Of a stretch of DNA of 64,000 nt, positions 1 to 8,987 are shown piece after piece. The DNA is taken from the NCBI GenBank assembly GCA_002773855.1, contig PEZY01000012.1, positions 161,570 through 225,569 of the forward strand. Direction: 5' to 3'. Numbering within the stretch: the stretch's first letter is position 1; each line of letters starts with the position of its first letter. The notes under the pieces are model-generated. The model was not told the origin of the DNA, did not search any database, and saw only the letters and a list, made by a program, of their open reading frames with translations. A program made the translations under genes and the position numbers. This DNA is from Candidatus Buchananbacteria bacterium CG10_big_fil_rev_8_21_14_0_10_33_19. Its GTDB lineage: Bacteria; Patescibacteriota; Patescibacteriia; 2-01-FULL-39-33.

Positions 1-2042
1 TTTTGGGTGATAATTTTTATCACAGTTTTTGGAGTAATAATGAAAGAAGCGAAGGTCTGCTTTTGTATATTCATTTGTTTGCTTTCTTAGTCATAGCTTC
101 TAGTTTTTTTCGTCAGCTGAAGGATTGGTTAATAGTTTTTGATATCTTTGTGGCCGCTAGTACAGTAGTAGCTCTAGTTGCCTTGGGTCAATTTTTAGAA
201 TTGCCTTGGTTAATGGCTTCCAGTGGTGGCGAACGGTTGGCTGGAACAATTGGTAATGCTGGTTATATGGCTGGTTATTTAATTTTTGGTGTTTTTTGGG
301 CTCTGTTATTATTTGTTTATCGCAAAAATGTATATTTAAAATATTATTATGCCTCAATTGTTCCTTTATTTATTTTTGTGATCATTAATACCCAAACTAG
401 AGGTGGTATTGTGGCTTTGGTTTTGTCTTCGTTTGTTTTTCTGATGTATTTAATTTTTTATTATTTTAAACAAAACAAGTTAGTTAAAAATATTTTAATT
501 GGCTTTTTAGTCGTGTTATTATTGGGCATTGTATTTTTATTCGCTAATAAGAATCAGGCTTTTGTGTCGGAAGATCCATTGCTGTCTAGAGTTACTGATT
601 TTTCGTTTAAATCTAATACTGTTGAAACTCGTTTGTGGACTTGGCAGTCGGCTTGGTCTGGCTTTAAAGAAAGGCCAATACTGGGCTGGGGACAAGAAAA
701 TTTTTATCAGCCATTTAACAAATATTTTAATCCTAATATTTATCGTAAAGCCACTTCAGTGGCGTGGTTTGATCGGGCTCATAATATTATTTTTGATAGA
801 TTATTAACTGGCGGTATTATTGGCTTGGCATTGTACTTGTCATTTTTATTTGTGCCATATTTTTATTTTTGGAAATATTTTTTAACTAAAGAAAAAGATT
901 CAATTAAAGATAAATATTTAATTTTGATTATATTTAGTTTGGTGATGATGGCTTATTTTTTACAAAATTTATTTATTTTTGAATCACTGGTAATTTATAT
1001 ACCTTTGTTTTTAACTTTAGCTTTTGTATCTTTGTTTAATCCAAGTATCAAGTGGGAGGTGATTAATAAACCAATTGTTAAGAAGGTGTTAGTAGTCTTG
1101 GCGGTAGTCTTTATTATGCCAGCTATTTATTTTTTTAATTTAAAACCGCTCCAGGCTAATATGGATTTAGCTAAGGCCTTGGATTCACCTAAATTTTCGG
1201 CTGATCAAAGATTAGATTTAATTAAAGATGTTTTGTCCAGTTCCACAGCTGGTAATCAGGAATATCGTTTGCAGTTATTTAACTTTTTTAATAGGTTATT
1301 AGAATCTGGTTTTAAAGATCAGGCTGTGATAGTAGATTTTGTTAATTTACTAGAGATCGAATTAAATAAACAGGTAGTGGAAAATCCTAATCGAACTATG
1401 AATAATTTAGTTTTGATTAGGTTTAATAATTTTATGTTTAATTCGACTAAACAAATAAAATATTATAATAGTAATGTTGATTTATTTAAGAAAATAAGTG
1501 TCTTGTCACCAAATAGACAGCATATTTATTATGAATCTGGGTATGGTGATTTTTATGTGGCTAATTATTATCGTGATCAAGGACAAGAAGATGTGGCCAA
1601 AGAATATTATAAGTTAGCGATTGAGAAGTTTGAAAAGGCTCTAAGTTTAAATCTTAATAATTTAGAAAGCTATAGGCAGTTATCGATGATTTTAATTTAC
1701 AGTGGTTCTAATAACGATAGAATTAAAGAGCTGTGGAGTGATTTGGATAAGTTAGATGAAATGGTTTATGCTGGTCTTAATCCAGTGCCAACACTTAGTC
1801 AGTTGCTTAATACTGCTGCTACTGCTAAAAATTATGATATCGTAAAATTTTTTGCTGATAAGTTAATAGAAATTGATCCTAATAATCCCGAGTTTCATAT
1901 TCAATCAGCCTTAGCTTTGGCTGGGTTGGGCAGAGATCAAGAGGCTATACTAGAAGCTCAAAAATTATTGGAGTTTGGTGAGGAATATAAAGAACAAGTG
2001 AATGATTTTATAAAACGAGTAAAAAATGGAGAGTTTAAATAA
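1..2042 (+). CDS. O-antigen ligase/O-oligosaccharyltransferase-like (Wzy_C) polytopic membrane protein with C-terminal TPR region; 5'-truncated by the window edge
   Basis: Many TM helices; motifs GTIGNAGYMAGY, TQTRGG, RLWTWQSAW..FKERPILGWGQENF and DRAHNIIFD typical of O-antigen ligase family; C-terminal TPR-like helices (FEKALSLNLNNLESY, KLIEIDPNNPEFH). Confidence 0.8.
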   Translation, partial: LGDNFYHSFWSNNERSEGLLLYIHLFAFLVIASSFFRQLKDWLIVFDIFVAASTVVALVALGQFLELPWLMASSGGERLAGTIGNAGYMAGYLIFGVFWALLLFVYRKNVYLKYYYASIVPLFIFVIINTQTRGGIVALVLSSFVFLMYLIFYYFKQNKLVKNILIGFLVVLLLGIVFLFANKNQAFVSEDPLLSRVTDFSFKSNTVETRLWTWQSAWSGFKERPILGWGQENFYQPFNKYFNPNIYRKATSVAWFDRAHNIIFDRLLTGGIIGLALYLSFLFVPYFYFWKYFLTKEKDSIKDKYLILIIFSLVMMAYFLQNLFIFESLVIYIPLFLTLAFVSLFNPSIKWEVINKPIVKKVLVVLAVVFIMPAIYFFNLKPLQANMDLAKALDSPKFSADQRLDLIKDVLSSSTAGNQEYRLQLFNFFNRLLESGFKDQAVIVDFVNLLEIELNKQVVENPNRTMNNLVLIRFNNFMFNSTKQIKYYNSNVDLFKKISVLSPNRQHIYYESGYGDFYVANYYRDQGQEDVAKEYYKLAIEKFEKALSLNLNNLESYRQLSMILIYSGSNNDRIKELWSDLDKLDEMVYAGLNPVPTLSQLLNTAATAKNYDIVKFFADKLIEIDPNNPEFHIQSALALAGLGRDQEAILEAQKLLEFGEEYKEQVNDFIKRVKNGEFK

Positions 2043-2090
2043 TTATTTTGTTAATTAGCTTACGTACTTAATTATTTTTAATTACTACTT

Positions 2091-4274
2091 ATGAATTATC
2101 TTAAGAGTGATTTGATTAAATATTTAATTCTGACAATTTTTGTATTGTCAGGATTTTTTATGTATACAAATCCAGTTCAAGCCATTTATGCTACCACCAC
2201 TAGCCCGGCATTGAGTGGTTACAATTTTCAAAATATTAGTGGTGACTATATAGCTGATAGTAGTTTTTGGTTTGATGGTGAGCATTTTCGCTTTTCTTTT
2301 ACCCCGACCAGAGATTTTTATACGGTTTTTTATCATTATGGTGATCGTATAGCTCATTATCCATATTATTTTACATATTTAACCGCTAGTTATTTTTTTC
2401 AATCTGGAGGTGGCGGTGGTCATGGTGCTTACTTTGTTGAAAATTTAGATGATTTAAATAATTATCAAGCGGGAAATAGTATTTTCTTTTTGTGGGAAGC
2501 TGGTCAGAGGTATGATAGTTATATTATTGATGGTGACATTGCTAGTAGTGGTTTAACCGAAGATAATTTGTACTTAAATTGGCATTTTAAAGATAATCCT
2601 GATGACAAATTGAAATTAGATTATAGCTATGTGAAATTTGCTAGTCGTTATTTTGATTCTATTAATAATACTCATCCTAAAAATTATATTAATTATGATT
2701 ATGTGCCAGAAGATTACAAATTAGACCCAGTGATTATTGTGCCGGGAATTTTGGGGAGTTGGGATTTAGGCGGTGGTTGGCAATTGGATCCGATACTTAA
2801 TACTTATGATAATTTGTGGGAAGCTCTAAAGTTGGCTGGTTATGAGGAGGGAGTGAATTTGTTTGCATTTACCTACAACTGGCGACTATCAAATGTTTAT
2901 AGTGCCATGGAATTCAAAAATAAAATAGATGAGGTTAAAGCTGTTTGTGATTGTGATAAAGTTGATATTGTAGCTCATTCGATGGGAGGATTGGTGGCTC
3001 GAGCTTATGTGGAAATGGGTGATTATGAAAATGATATTGATCAATTAATATTTTTGTCTACGCCCCATAGAGGATCTGTTGTATCTTATTTAACTTGGGA
3101 GGGTGGTGAAGTTGGTTTTAAGAAAAATGAACAATTACAACAAAGAATTTTTAAGGTGGAGGCAGAGTTTAATGGCTATGGCAGTGTCTATGATTATGTT
3201 CGAGAATTGCCTATGAAATCGGTAGAAGAGGTTTTGCCAGTCTTTAATTATTTAAAGGATAAGTCTCTAGATGACAATTGGCAGATTAGGGATTATAGTC
3301 ATAACTATCCTCATAATTTGTTTCTGGAATTGTTGAATAATCCTAGTCAGCTAGATAAACTAAATAATATTGATATTACCAATATTATTGCTAATAGTGG
3401 TGAGGCAACTGTAAATTATTTAAAAGTAATATCTAAGGATTTTATTGATGGTCAGTGGCAGTATGGCTACCCTGATGGTTTTTATAGTGCGTTTGGCGAT
3501 CATGGTATTGAATACGGCCCAGGCGACGGTACTGTGCCATATACTAGTAATAGCAAGTTTTATAATTTTTCTGATGTGATTATCAATAGTTCACATAATC
3601 AAGTAGTAACTGATGCGCAGAAAGTAGTAATCAAAGAGTTAACTGGTAATGAACCGACAGTCGAAGTGCGAAAAAATATATTCTCTAAATATTTGCTGAT
3701 TAGAATATTTTCACCAGCAGATTTTGTAGTGGTTGCACCTGATGGTAAAAGAGTAGGTAAAGATTTTACTAATAATAGCTCAGTGAATGAAATTGATGGG
3801 GCTTTTTATAGTGGCTTTGAGAGTGGTCCGGAGTTTGTGGTTATCCCTGATCCTTTAGAGGGAAAGTACAATGTAGATTTACAAGGTACTGGTACGGGAG
3901 AGTATAAATTGAGTGTGAGTTTAATCGATGATAATCAGGCAATTGATAGTGATTATTCTGGTTTTGTGACGCCAGGCGGTGTAGATAGCTACAATATTAA
4001 TTTATTGGCTAATTCAATATCCAGTTTAACTCCGCAAATTAATACCCTAGAAGAATTATTAGAGGAAATAGATACTATATATCAAAAGGGTTGGCTTAAT
4101 CATTTTGGTAGTAAAAATGCCTTAGTATCTCAGCTTAAAAATGGTTTTAAGAATAATCAGCAGTTTGATCAGTTAAATAAATTTTTGGCTAATATGTTAG
4201 AGAAGAAAAGAATAAATCAACAAGCTTATGGTATAATTACATCAGCCTTAATTAATATTAAAAATAATTTATAA
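2091..4274 (+). CDS. Secreted alpha/beta-hydrolase (PGAP1/LCAT-like lipase or acyltransferase) with C-terminal FIMAH-like helical domain
   Basis: N-terminal signal/TM segment; PVIIVPGILGS oxyanion motif; FTYNWR; nucleophile elbow VDIVAHSMGGL; STPHRGS; GDGTVP; later His (SSHNQV). Confidence 0.75.
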   Translation: MNYLKSDLIKYLILTIFVLSGFFMYTNPVQAIYATTTSPALSGYNFQNISGDYIADSSFWFDGEHFRFSFTPTRDFYTVFYHYGDRIAHYPYYFTYLTASYFFQSGGGGGHGAYFVENLDDLNNYQAGNSIFFLWEAGQRYDSYIIDGDIASSGLTEDNLYLNWHFKDNPDDKLKLDYSYVKFASRYFDSINNTHPKNYINYDYVPEDYKLDPVIIVPGILGSWDLGGGWQLDPILNTYDNLWEALKLAGYEEGVNLFAFTYNWRLSNVYSAMEFKNKIDEVKAVCDCDKVDIVAHSMGGLVARAYVEMGDYENDIDQLIFLSTPHRGSVVSYLTWEGGEVGFKKNEQLQQRIFKVEAEFNGYGSVYDYVRELPMKSVEEVLPVFNYLKDKSLDDNWQIRDYSHNYPHNLFLELLNNPSQLDKLNNIDITNIIANSGEATVNYLKVISKDFIDGQWQYGYPDGFYSAFGDHGIEYGPGDGTVPYTSNSKFYNFSDVIINSSHNQVVTDAQKVVIKELTGNEPTVEVRKNIFSKYLLIRIFSPADFVVVAPDGKRVGKDFTNNSSVNEIDGAFYSGFESGPEFVVIPDPLEGKYNVDLQGTGTGEYKLSVSLIDDNQAIDSDYSGFVTPGGVDSYNINLLANSISSLTPQINTLEELLEEIDTIYQKGWLNHFGSKNALVSQLKNGFKNNQQFDQLNKFLANMLEKKRINQQAYGIITSALINIKNNL

Positions 4275-4278
4275 AATT

Positions 4279-4653
4279 ATGTCTCATAAATTAAAAAATT
4301 TTAGTTTCATAGCTTTTGCTTTTATTTTAATTATTTTATTTACACCGTTATTTGGTAGTTTATATGATAAATATTTTGGTCCAGTTACAAGTGGATTTCT
4401 TGGTCTGTCCCATCCAGAATATTTTGAAGGTTTTTTTATGAGTTATGCTTTTTTTATGACATTAGCTTTAACTTTATTTATTACTAAAAATAAGTATAAA
4501 TTGATTGCAATTTTTTTAGGTTCTCTGTTATTGTTTGATATATTTTTGGGTTCTTGGGAAGGCTTAATAATAGATTTTGGGACAATGGTTATTTCTTGGC
4601 TGTTGGCCCAATTAGGTTTATTTATTTATAAAAGTTTAAAAATTAAAAAGTAA
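4279..4653 (+). CDS. Small membrane protein (about 4 TM), function unknown
   Basis: 124-aa hydrophobic ORF 4 bp downstream of the lipase gene, followed by a terminator. Confidence 0.6.
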   Translation: MSHKLKNFSFIAFAFILIILFTPLFGSLYDKYFGPVTSGFLGLSHPEYFEGFFMSYAFFMTLALTLFITKNKYKLIAIFLGSLLLFDIFLGSWEGLIIDFGTMVISWLLAQLGLFIYKSLKIKK

Positions 4654-4662
4654 ATTAGTACA

Positions 4663-4698
4663 AAAAAAATCTCCGGAGATATCTCCGGAGATTTTTTT
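4663..4698. terminator. Probable bidirectional intrinsic terminator; 36-bp perfect palindrome
   Basis: A6-(atctccggagat)x2-T6 between convergent genes. Confidence 0.75.
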
Positions 4699-4700
4699 GA

Positions 4701-4803
4701 TGTCATTGCGAAGTAGCGGAGCGAATGAAGCAATCCCATGTTTATATCACATGAGATTGTGGAGTTTATTCTAAATAAAATAAGGGATATTCTCGCAATG
4801 ACG
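4701..4803. repeat. REP/RPE-like palindromic element (CGTC-type), degenerate
   Basis: Terminal inverted repeat gtcattgcga (4702-4711) / tcgcaatgac (4793-4802); inner IR caatcccatg (4731-4740) / catgagattg (4750-4759); gaagcaatc motif recalled from this repeat family. Confidence 0.6.
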
Positions 4804-4814
4804 ATTAAAGTTTT

Positions 4815-5939
4815 CTATTTGTATTGTAAAAAAGTTTGTTTCAGCATTTTGGCTTTAGAGAATTTTGCTGTGACATAATTTTTAGCTTGATTGGCTAGCT
4901 CTAAACTTTCAGTTTTATGATCAATTAAATATTTTATTTTATCGGCCAAGTCTTTATAGTTTTTAGGTTCTATTAAAATGCCGTTTTTATTATTTATCAT
5001 TTCTGGCACGCCACCAACATTAGTAGCGATAATTGGCAGGTTAGCAGTCATCGCTTCTAAAATAGAATAAGGCAGGCCTTCTTTAGTGGAGGTTGATACA
5101 TAGATATCCAAAGCTTTTAAATATTGTGAAGCTTGATCATGTTTACCAAGTAGTAAAAAATTATTTTTTAAATCTAGTTTGGTAATTAATTCTTCTAAAT
5201 CTGGTCTGAGGTTGCCATCGCCAATCACAACTCCAAGAATATCACTATTTTTTAATTCACCAACAGCGCGAATAAAATATTCTAAGCCCTTGGTTTGATA
5301 AAAATTAGCTACGGTACCAATAATAATTTTGTCAGTTGGTAGATTTAATTTTACTCTAGCTTCATCAGAATCTAGAAAATTTAGATTACTGATATCTAAA
5401 CCATTATAAATAACCACTGAATTTTTAATTTTTATGTTATGGTCTTTAGCTGATTGTTTGTCATAGTTTGATAAAAATATAATAGTATCTTTGTATTTGG
5501 CGGTTAACTTCTCAGTTAAATGATAAATTTTTTTATAAAGAAGAGAAATATTTTCATTAAAAGCCCAGCCATGAACCGTGTGAATTAGTTTACTTTTTTT
5601 AAGACCACTTAATCTGAAAGCATAAGAACCTTGAATACTGGGCTTACTGCTACTGGTATGGATAATATCAGGCTTTGTGGTTTTAAATAATCGGCGTAAT
5701 TCCCAAACAGCCAAAATATCATTAATCGGAGATATTGGCCTAACCATATATTTTAATTTAATTGTTTTAATGCCTTTAGATTCTAACTTATTAATTAGAG
5801 TCTCATCATGGTTTTTGCCAACCGCTACACTAATCTCGTAATTTAAAGCCCCAGGACTAGTTACTAGATCGTAGAGGTATTTTTGAGCACCACCCCATTC
5901 GGTTTGGGTAATGACATATAAAATTTTCTGCTTTTTCAT
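4815..5939 (-). CDS. Glycosyltransferase family 4
   Basis: N-terminal ILYVIT..EWGGAQKY, HTVHGW, EGLPYSILEAM...IIATNVGGVPE. Confidence 0.9.
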   Translation of the reverse strand: MKKQKILYVITQTEWGGAQKYLYDLVTSPGALNYEISVAVGKNHDETLINKLESKGIKTIKLKYMVRPISPINDILAVWELRRLFKTTKPDIIHTSSSKPSIQGSYAFRLSGLKKSKLIHTVHGWAFNENISLLYKKIYHLTEKLTAKYKDTIIFLSNYDKQSAKDHNIKIKNSVVIYNGLDISNLNFLDSDEARVKLNLPTDKIIIGTVANFYQTKGLEYFIRAVGELKNSDILGVVIGDGNLRPDLEELITKLDLKNNFLLLGKHDQASQYLKALDIYVSTSTKEGLPYSILEAMTANLPIIATNVGGVPEMINNKNGILIEPKNYKDLADKIKYLIDHKTESLELANQAKNYVTAKFSKAKMLKQTFLQYK

Positions 5940-6004
5940 AATTGACTTTTTAGCCTAAATATATAATAATATTAAGGTATATTTAAGTATTAATCAAGTA
6001 GACA

Positions 6005-6934
6005 ATGAAGTTTTTAGTAACTGGTGGCGCTGGCTTTATCGGCAGTAATTTGGTGGTTAAATTGATAGATATTGGCCATGAAGTGGTAGTAATTGATGAT
6101 TTATCTAGTGGTAATATTAAAAATCTTCAGCTAGTAATTGATCGGATAAAATTCGTTGAAGGTTCAATATTAGATTTAAATTTACTTAAAAAAGAGTTTA
6201 TAGGTATGGATTATGTACTTCATATGGCGGCCATGCCATCAGTGCCAAAATCAGTAGAGAAGCCACTAGAGACTAATGCGGCTAATATTGATGGTACTTT
6301 AAACGTTTTAATTGCTGCCAGAGATAGCGGTGTTAAGCGAGTGGTTTATGCCGCTTCCTCTTCTAGATATGGTAATTCGACAACAGATATTAAATCGGAA
6401 AGTTTACCAACTAAGCCTTTGTCACCTTATGCCTTGCAAAAATTTACTGGTGAAGAATATTGTCGAATTTTTTATAAAATTTACGGCTTGGAAACAGTGG
6501 CGACTATATTTTTTAATGTGTTTGGACCAAATCAAAATCCAGATTCGCCATACTCAGCTGTAATACCAAAGTTTATTAAATTAATGCTAAAAGGCGAGCG
6601 ACCAGTAATTTATGGTGATGGCCAAACTTCTCGTGATTTTACTTATGTTGATAATAATGTCAGTGCGGTTATTGCCGCTGCGACAGCTAAAGAGGCAGTG
6701 GGTCAATCAATTAATATTGCTTTGGGCGAATCTATTTCTTTAATTGAATTAGTTAAAAAAATAAATAAAATTTTAGGTACAAATATTGAACCACAATTTG
6801 AAGATTTTAGAACTGGTGATGTAAAGCATAGTTTAGCCGATATATCTTTAGCTAAAAAAGTGTTAGATTATCAAGTGGATGTAGATTTTAATAGTGGTTT
6901 GGAAAAAACAATTAATTTTTTAAGAAGTAATTAA
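6005..6934 (+). CDS. NAD-dependent nucleotide-sugar epimerase (WbpP/TviC-like UDP-GlcNAc 4-epimerase)
   Basis: VTGGAGFIGS, AAMPSVPKS, AASSSRYG, SPYALQK (YxxxK), FNVFGP.Q.PDSPYSAVIPKF. Confidence 0.85.
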   Translation: MKFLVTGGAGFIGSNLVVKLIDIGHEVVVIDDLSSGNIKNLQLVIDRIKFVEGSILDLNLLKKEFIGMDYVLHMAAMPSVPKSVEKPLETNAANIDGTLNVLIAARDSGVKRVVYAASSSRYGNSTTDIKSESLPTKPLSPYALQKFTGEEYCRIFYKIYGLETVATIFFNVFGPNQNPDSPYSAVIPKFIKLMLKGERPVIYGDGQTSRDFTYVDNNVSAVIAAATAKEAVGQSINIALGESISLIELVKKINKILGTNIEPQFEDFRTGDVKHSLADISLAKKVLDYQVDVDFNSGLEKTINFLRSN

Positions 6935-6942
6935 AATATTAT

Positions 6943-7797
6943 ATGGACAATATCAAGATTGGTTTTATTGGTCAGGGGTGGATTGGTAAAAATTATGCTG
7001 ATAATTTTGAGAACCGTGGTTACGAAGTAATTCGTTACGCCCTAGAAGAGCCCTATCTTAACAATAAAGAAAAAATTAAAGATTGTGACATTGTTTATAT
7101 CGCTGTGCCCACACCATCAACTCCTAAGGGTTTTGATAGCAGTATTGTACATGAAGCTATTAAACTAATTGGTGATGGCAAAGTGGCGGTAATTAAATCT
7201 ACTATTTTACCAGGTACTACAGAAACTATTCAAAAAGACTTTCCTAATGTTTTTGTCATGCATTCACCAGAATTTTTAACCGAGCGAACAGCCGCTTATG
7301 ATGTAGCTAATCCGGGTAGAAATTTGGTGGGTATCCCAATTGATAATGATGACTATAGGACAAAGGCTCAAGAAGTTTTAGATACTTTGCCATTAGCACC
7401 ATTGTCTAAAATTATTTCCGCCAAAGAAGCGGAACTGTTTAAATATATTAGGAATTGCTTTTTTTACACTAAAGTTATTTTTATGAATTTAGCTTATGAC
7501 TTGGCTCAGAAGAATGATTGTTCTTGGGAAACCATTCATACTATTATGAGTGCTGATCCTTGGATTGGTAATATGCATATTGATCCAGTTCACAAAAGTG
7601 GTCGGGGAGCCGGTGGACATTGTTTTATCAAAGACATGGCCGCTTTTGATGAGATGTATAAAAAATTAGTTGGCGATGAAGCTGGCCAGCAAGTTTTAAA
7701 AAGTTTACAAGCCAAAAATATTGAATTGTTGTTGTCTAGTCATAAAGATTTGGATTTACTGTCTGGGGTTTATGGCGAGGATATAATTAAAAAATAA
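6943..7797 (+). CDS. UDP-glucose/GDP-mannose dehydrogenase family protein, short form without the C-terminal domain
   Basis: GFIGQGWIG, IAVPTP, IKSTILPGT, SPEFLTE, EAELFKY, GAGGHCFIKD catalytic Cys motif; only 284 aa. Confidence 0.85.
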   Translation: MDNIKIGFIGQGWIGKNYADNFENRGYEVIRYALEEPYLNNKEKIKDCDIVYIAVPTPSTPKGFDSSIVHEAIKLIGDGKVAVIKSTILPGTTETIQKDFPNVFVMHSPEFLTERTAAYDVANPGRNLVGIPIDNDDYRTKAQEVLDTLPLAPLSKIISAKEAELFKYIRNCFFYTKVIFMNLAYDLAQKNDCSWETIHTIMSADPWIGNMHIDPVHKSGRGAGGHCFIKDMAAFDEMYKKLVGDEAGQQVLKSLQAKNIELLLSSHKDLDLLSGVYGEDIIKK

Positions 7798-7829
7798 TTG
7801 TTACGTAACATGTTACGTAATAACGGTTT

Positions 7830-8984
7830 ATGGAAAATAACAAGGTGAATGGCGTAGCCAGAGATGGTGGCCTGGGCCAAAAACCAAAAATTTTAATTTT
7901 CTCTTTAGCCTATCATCCTTTTGTAGGTGGGGCTGAAGTGGCTATCAAAGAAATTACTGATCGCTTGGGTGGTGATTTTGAGTTTGATATGGTGACCGCT
8001 AATTTAGATGGTCGTCAAAAGGCCACAGAAAAAATTGGCAATATTAATGTGCATAGAATTGGTAATGGTAAGTTGGGTAAATATTTATTTCCTTGTTTGG
8101 CTTATCGTTATTCTAAAAAACTTCAGGCTAAAAATAGTTATGATATGATCTGGGCGATGATGGCTAATCAGGCTGGCTGGGCAGCGATGCGATTTAAAAA
8201 GAAATTTCCAAAAGTAAAATATTTATTAAGTTTACAAGAAGGTGATAGTGAATGGGATATTTGGCTTAGAACTTTTTTTATTAGACCAATTTATAAATCT
8301 ATTTATCGCCGAGCGGACAAGATTCAGGCGATATCTAATTTTTTAAAGAATAGAGCAGTGAGATTGGGGGCTAAGGGTGATATTGTGGTGGTGCCCAATG
8401 GAGTTAAAGTCCAAAACGTAGAAATTAAAACGCAAAACTATAATTCAAAATTAAAACAAATAATCACTGTCTCTAGATTGGTGAAAAAAAATGGCGTAGC
8501 AGATTTAATTAAGGCTATGACTGATGTTAATGGCAAATTAATAATAATTGGTGATGGAAAATTAAAAAATAGCTTAGAGAGTTTGAGAAATAGATTAAAT
8601 CTAACTGACAAGATAGATTTTTGGGGAAAAATTGATAATCGTCAAGTTTATAATGCTTTAAGAGACACAACTGTTTTTGTACGTCCATCTTTAACCGAAG
8701 GATTAGGCAATGCCTTTTTGGAAGCGATGTCAGTCGGTGTACCAGTAGTCGGGACTAAAGTTGGTGGTATCCCTGATTTTTTGGAAGATAAAAAAACCGG
8801 TTATTTTTGTGAAGTAAAAAATCCCAAAAGCATTGCCAAAAAAATAAATTATATTTTAGCTGAAGAAAATAAGGCAGAGGTAGAGCAAGTTGTAGAAAAT
8901 GCTAAAAGATTAGTAGAAGATAGATATTCTTGGAATAGAATATATATTGATATTAAAAAAATTATAGATAAATTAATAAGTTAA
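7830..8984 (+). CDS. Glycosyltransferase family 4
   Basis: YHPFVGGAEVA, SRLVKKNG, PSLTEGLGNAFLEAM...VGGIPD. Confidence 0.9.
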   Translation: MENNKVNGVARDGGLGQKPKILIFSLAYHPFVGGAEVAIKEITDRLGGDFEFDMVTANLDGRQKATEKIGNINVHRIGNGKLGKYLFPCLAYRYSKKLQAKNSYDMIWAMMANQAGWAAMRFKKKFPKVKYLLSLQEGDSEWDIWLRTFFIRPIYKSIYRRADKIQAISNFLKNRAVRLGAKGDIVVVPNGVKVQNVEIKTQNYNSKLKQIITVSRLVKKNGVADLIKAMTDVNGKLIIIGDGKLKNSLESLRNRLNLTDKIDFWGKIDNRQVYNALRDTTVFVRPSLTEGLGNAFLEAMSVGVPVVGTKVGGIPDFLEDKKTGYFCEVKNPKSIAKKINYILAEENKAEVEQVVENAKRLVEDRYSWNRIYIDIKKIIDKLIS

Positions 8985-8987
8985 GTT

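Noticed and set aside
5942-5970. TTGACT...TATAAT promoter for the main operon
   Set aside because: Spacing to TATAAT is 14 nt and the 17-nt alternative is weak; a promoter is likely here but I cannot place it
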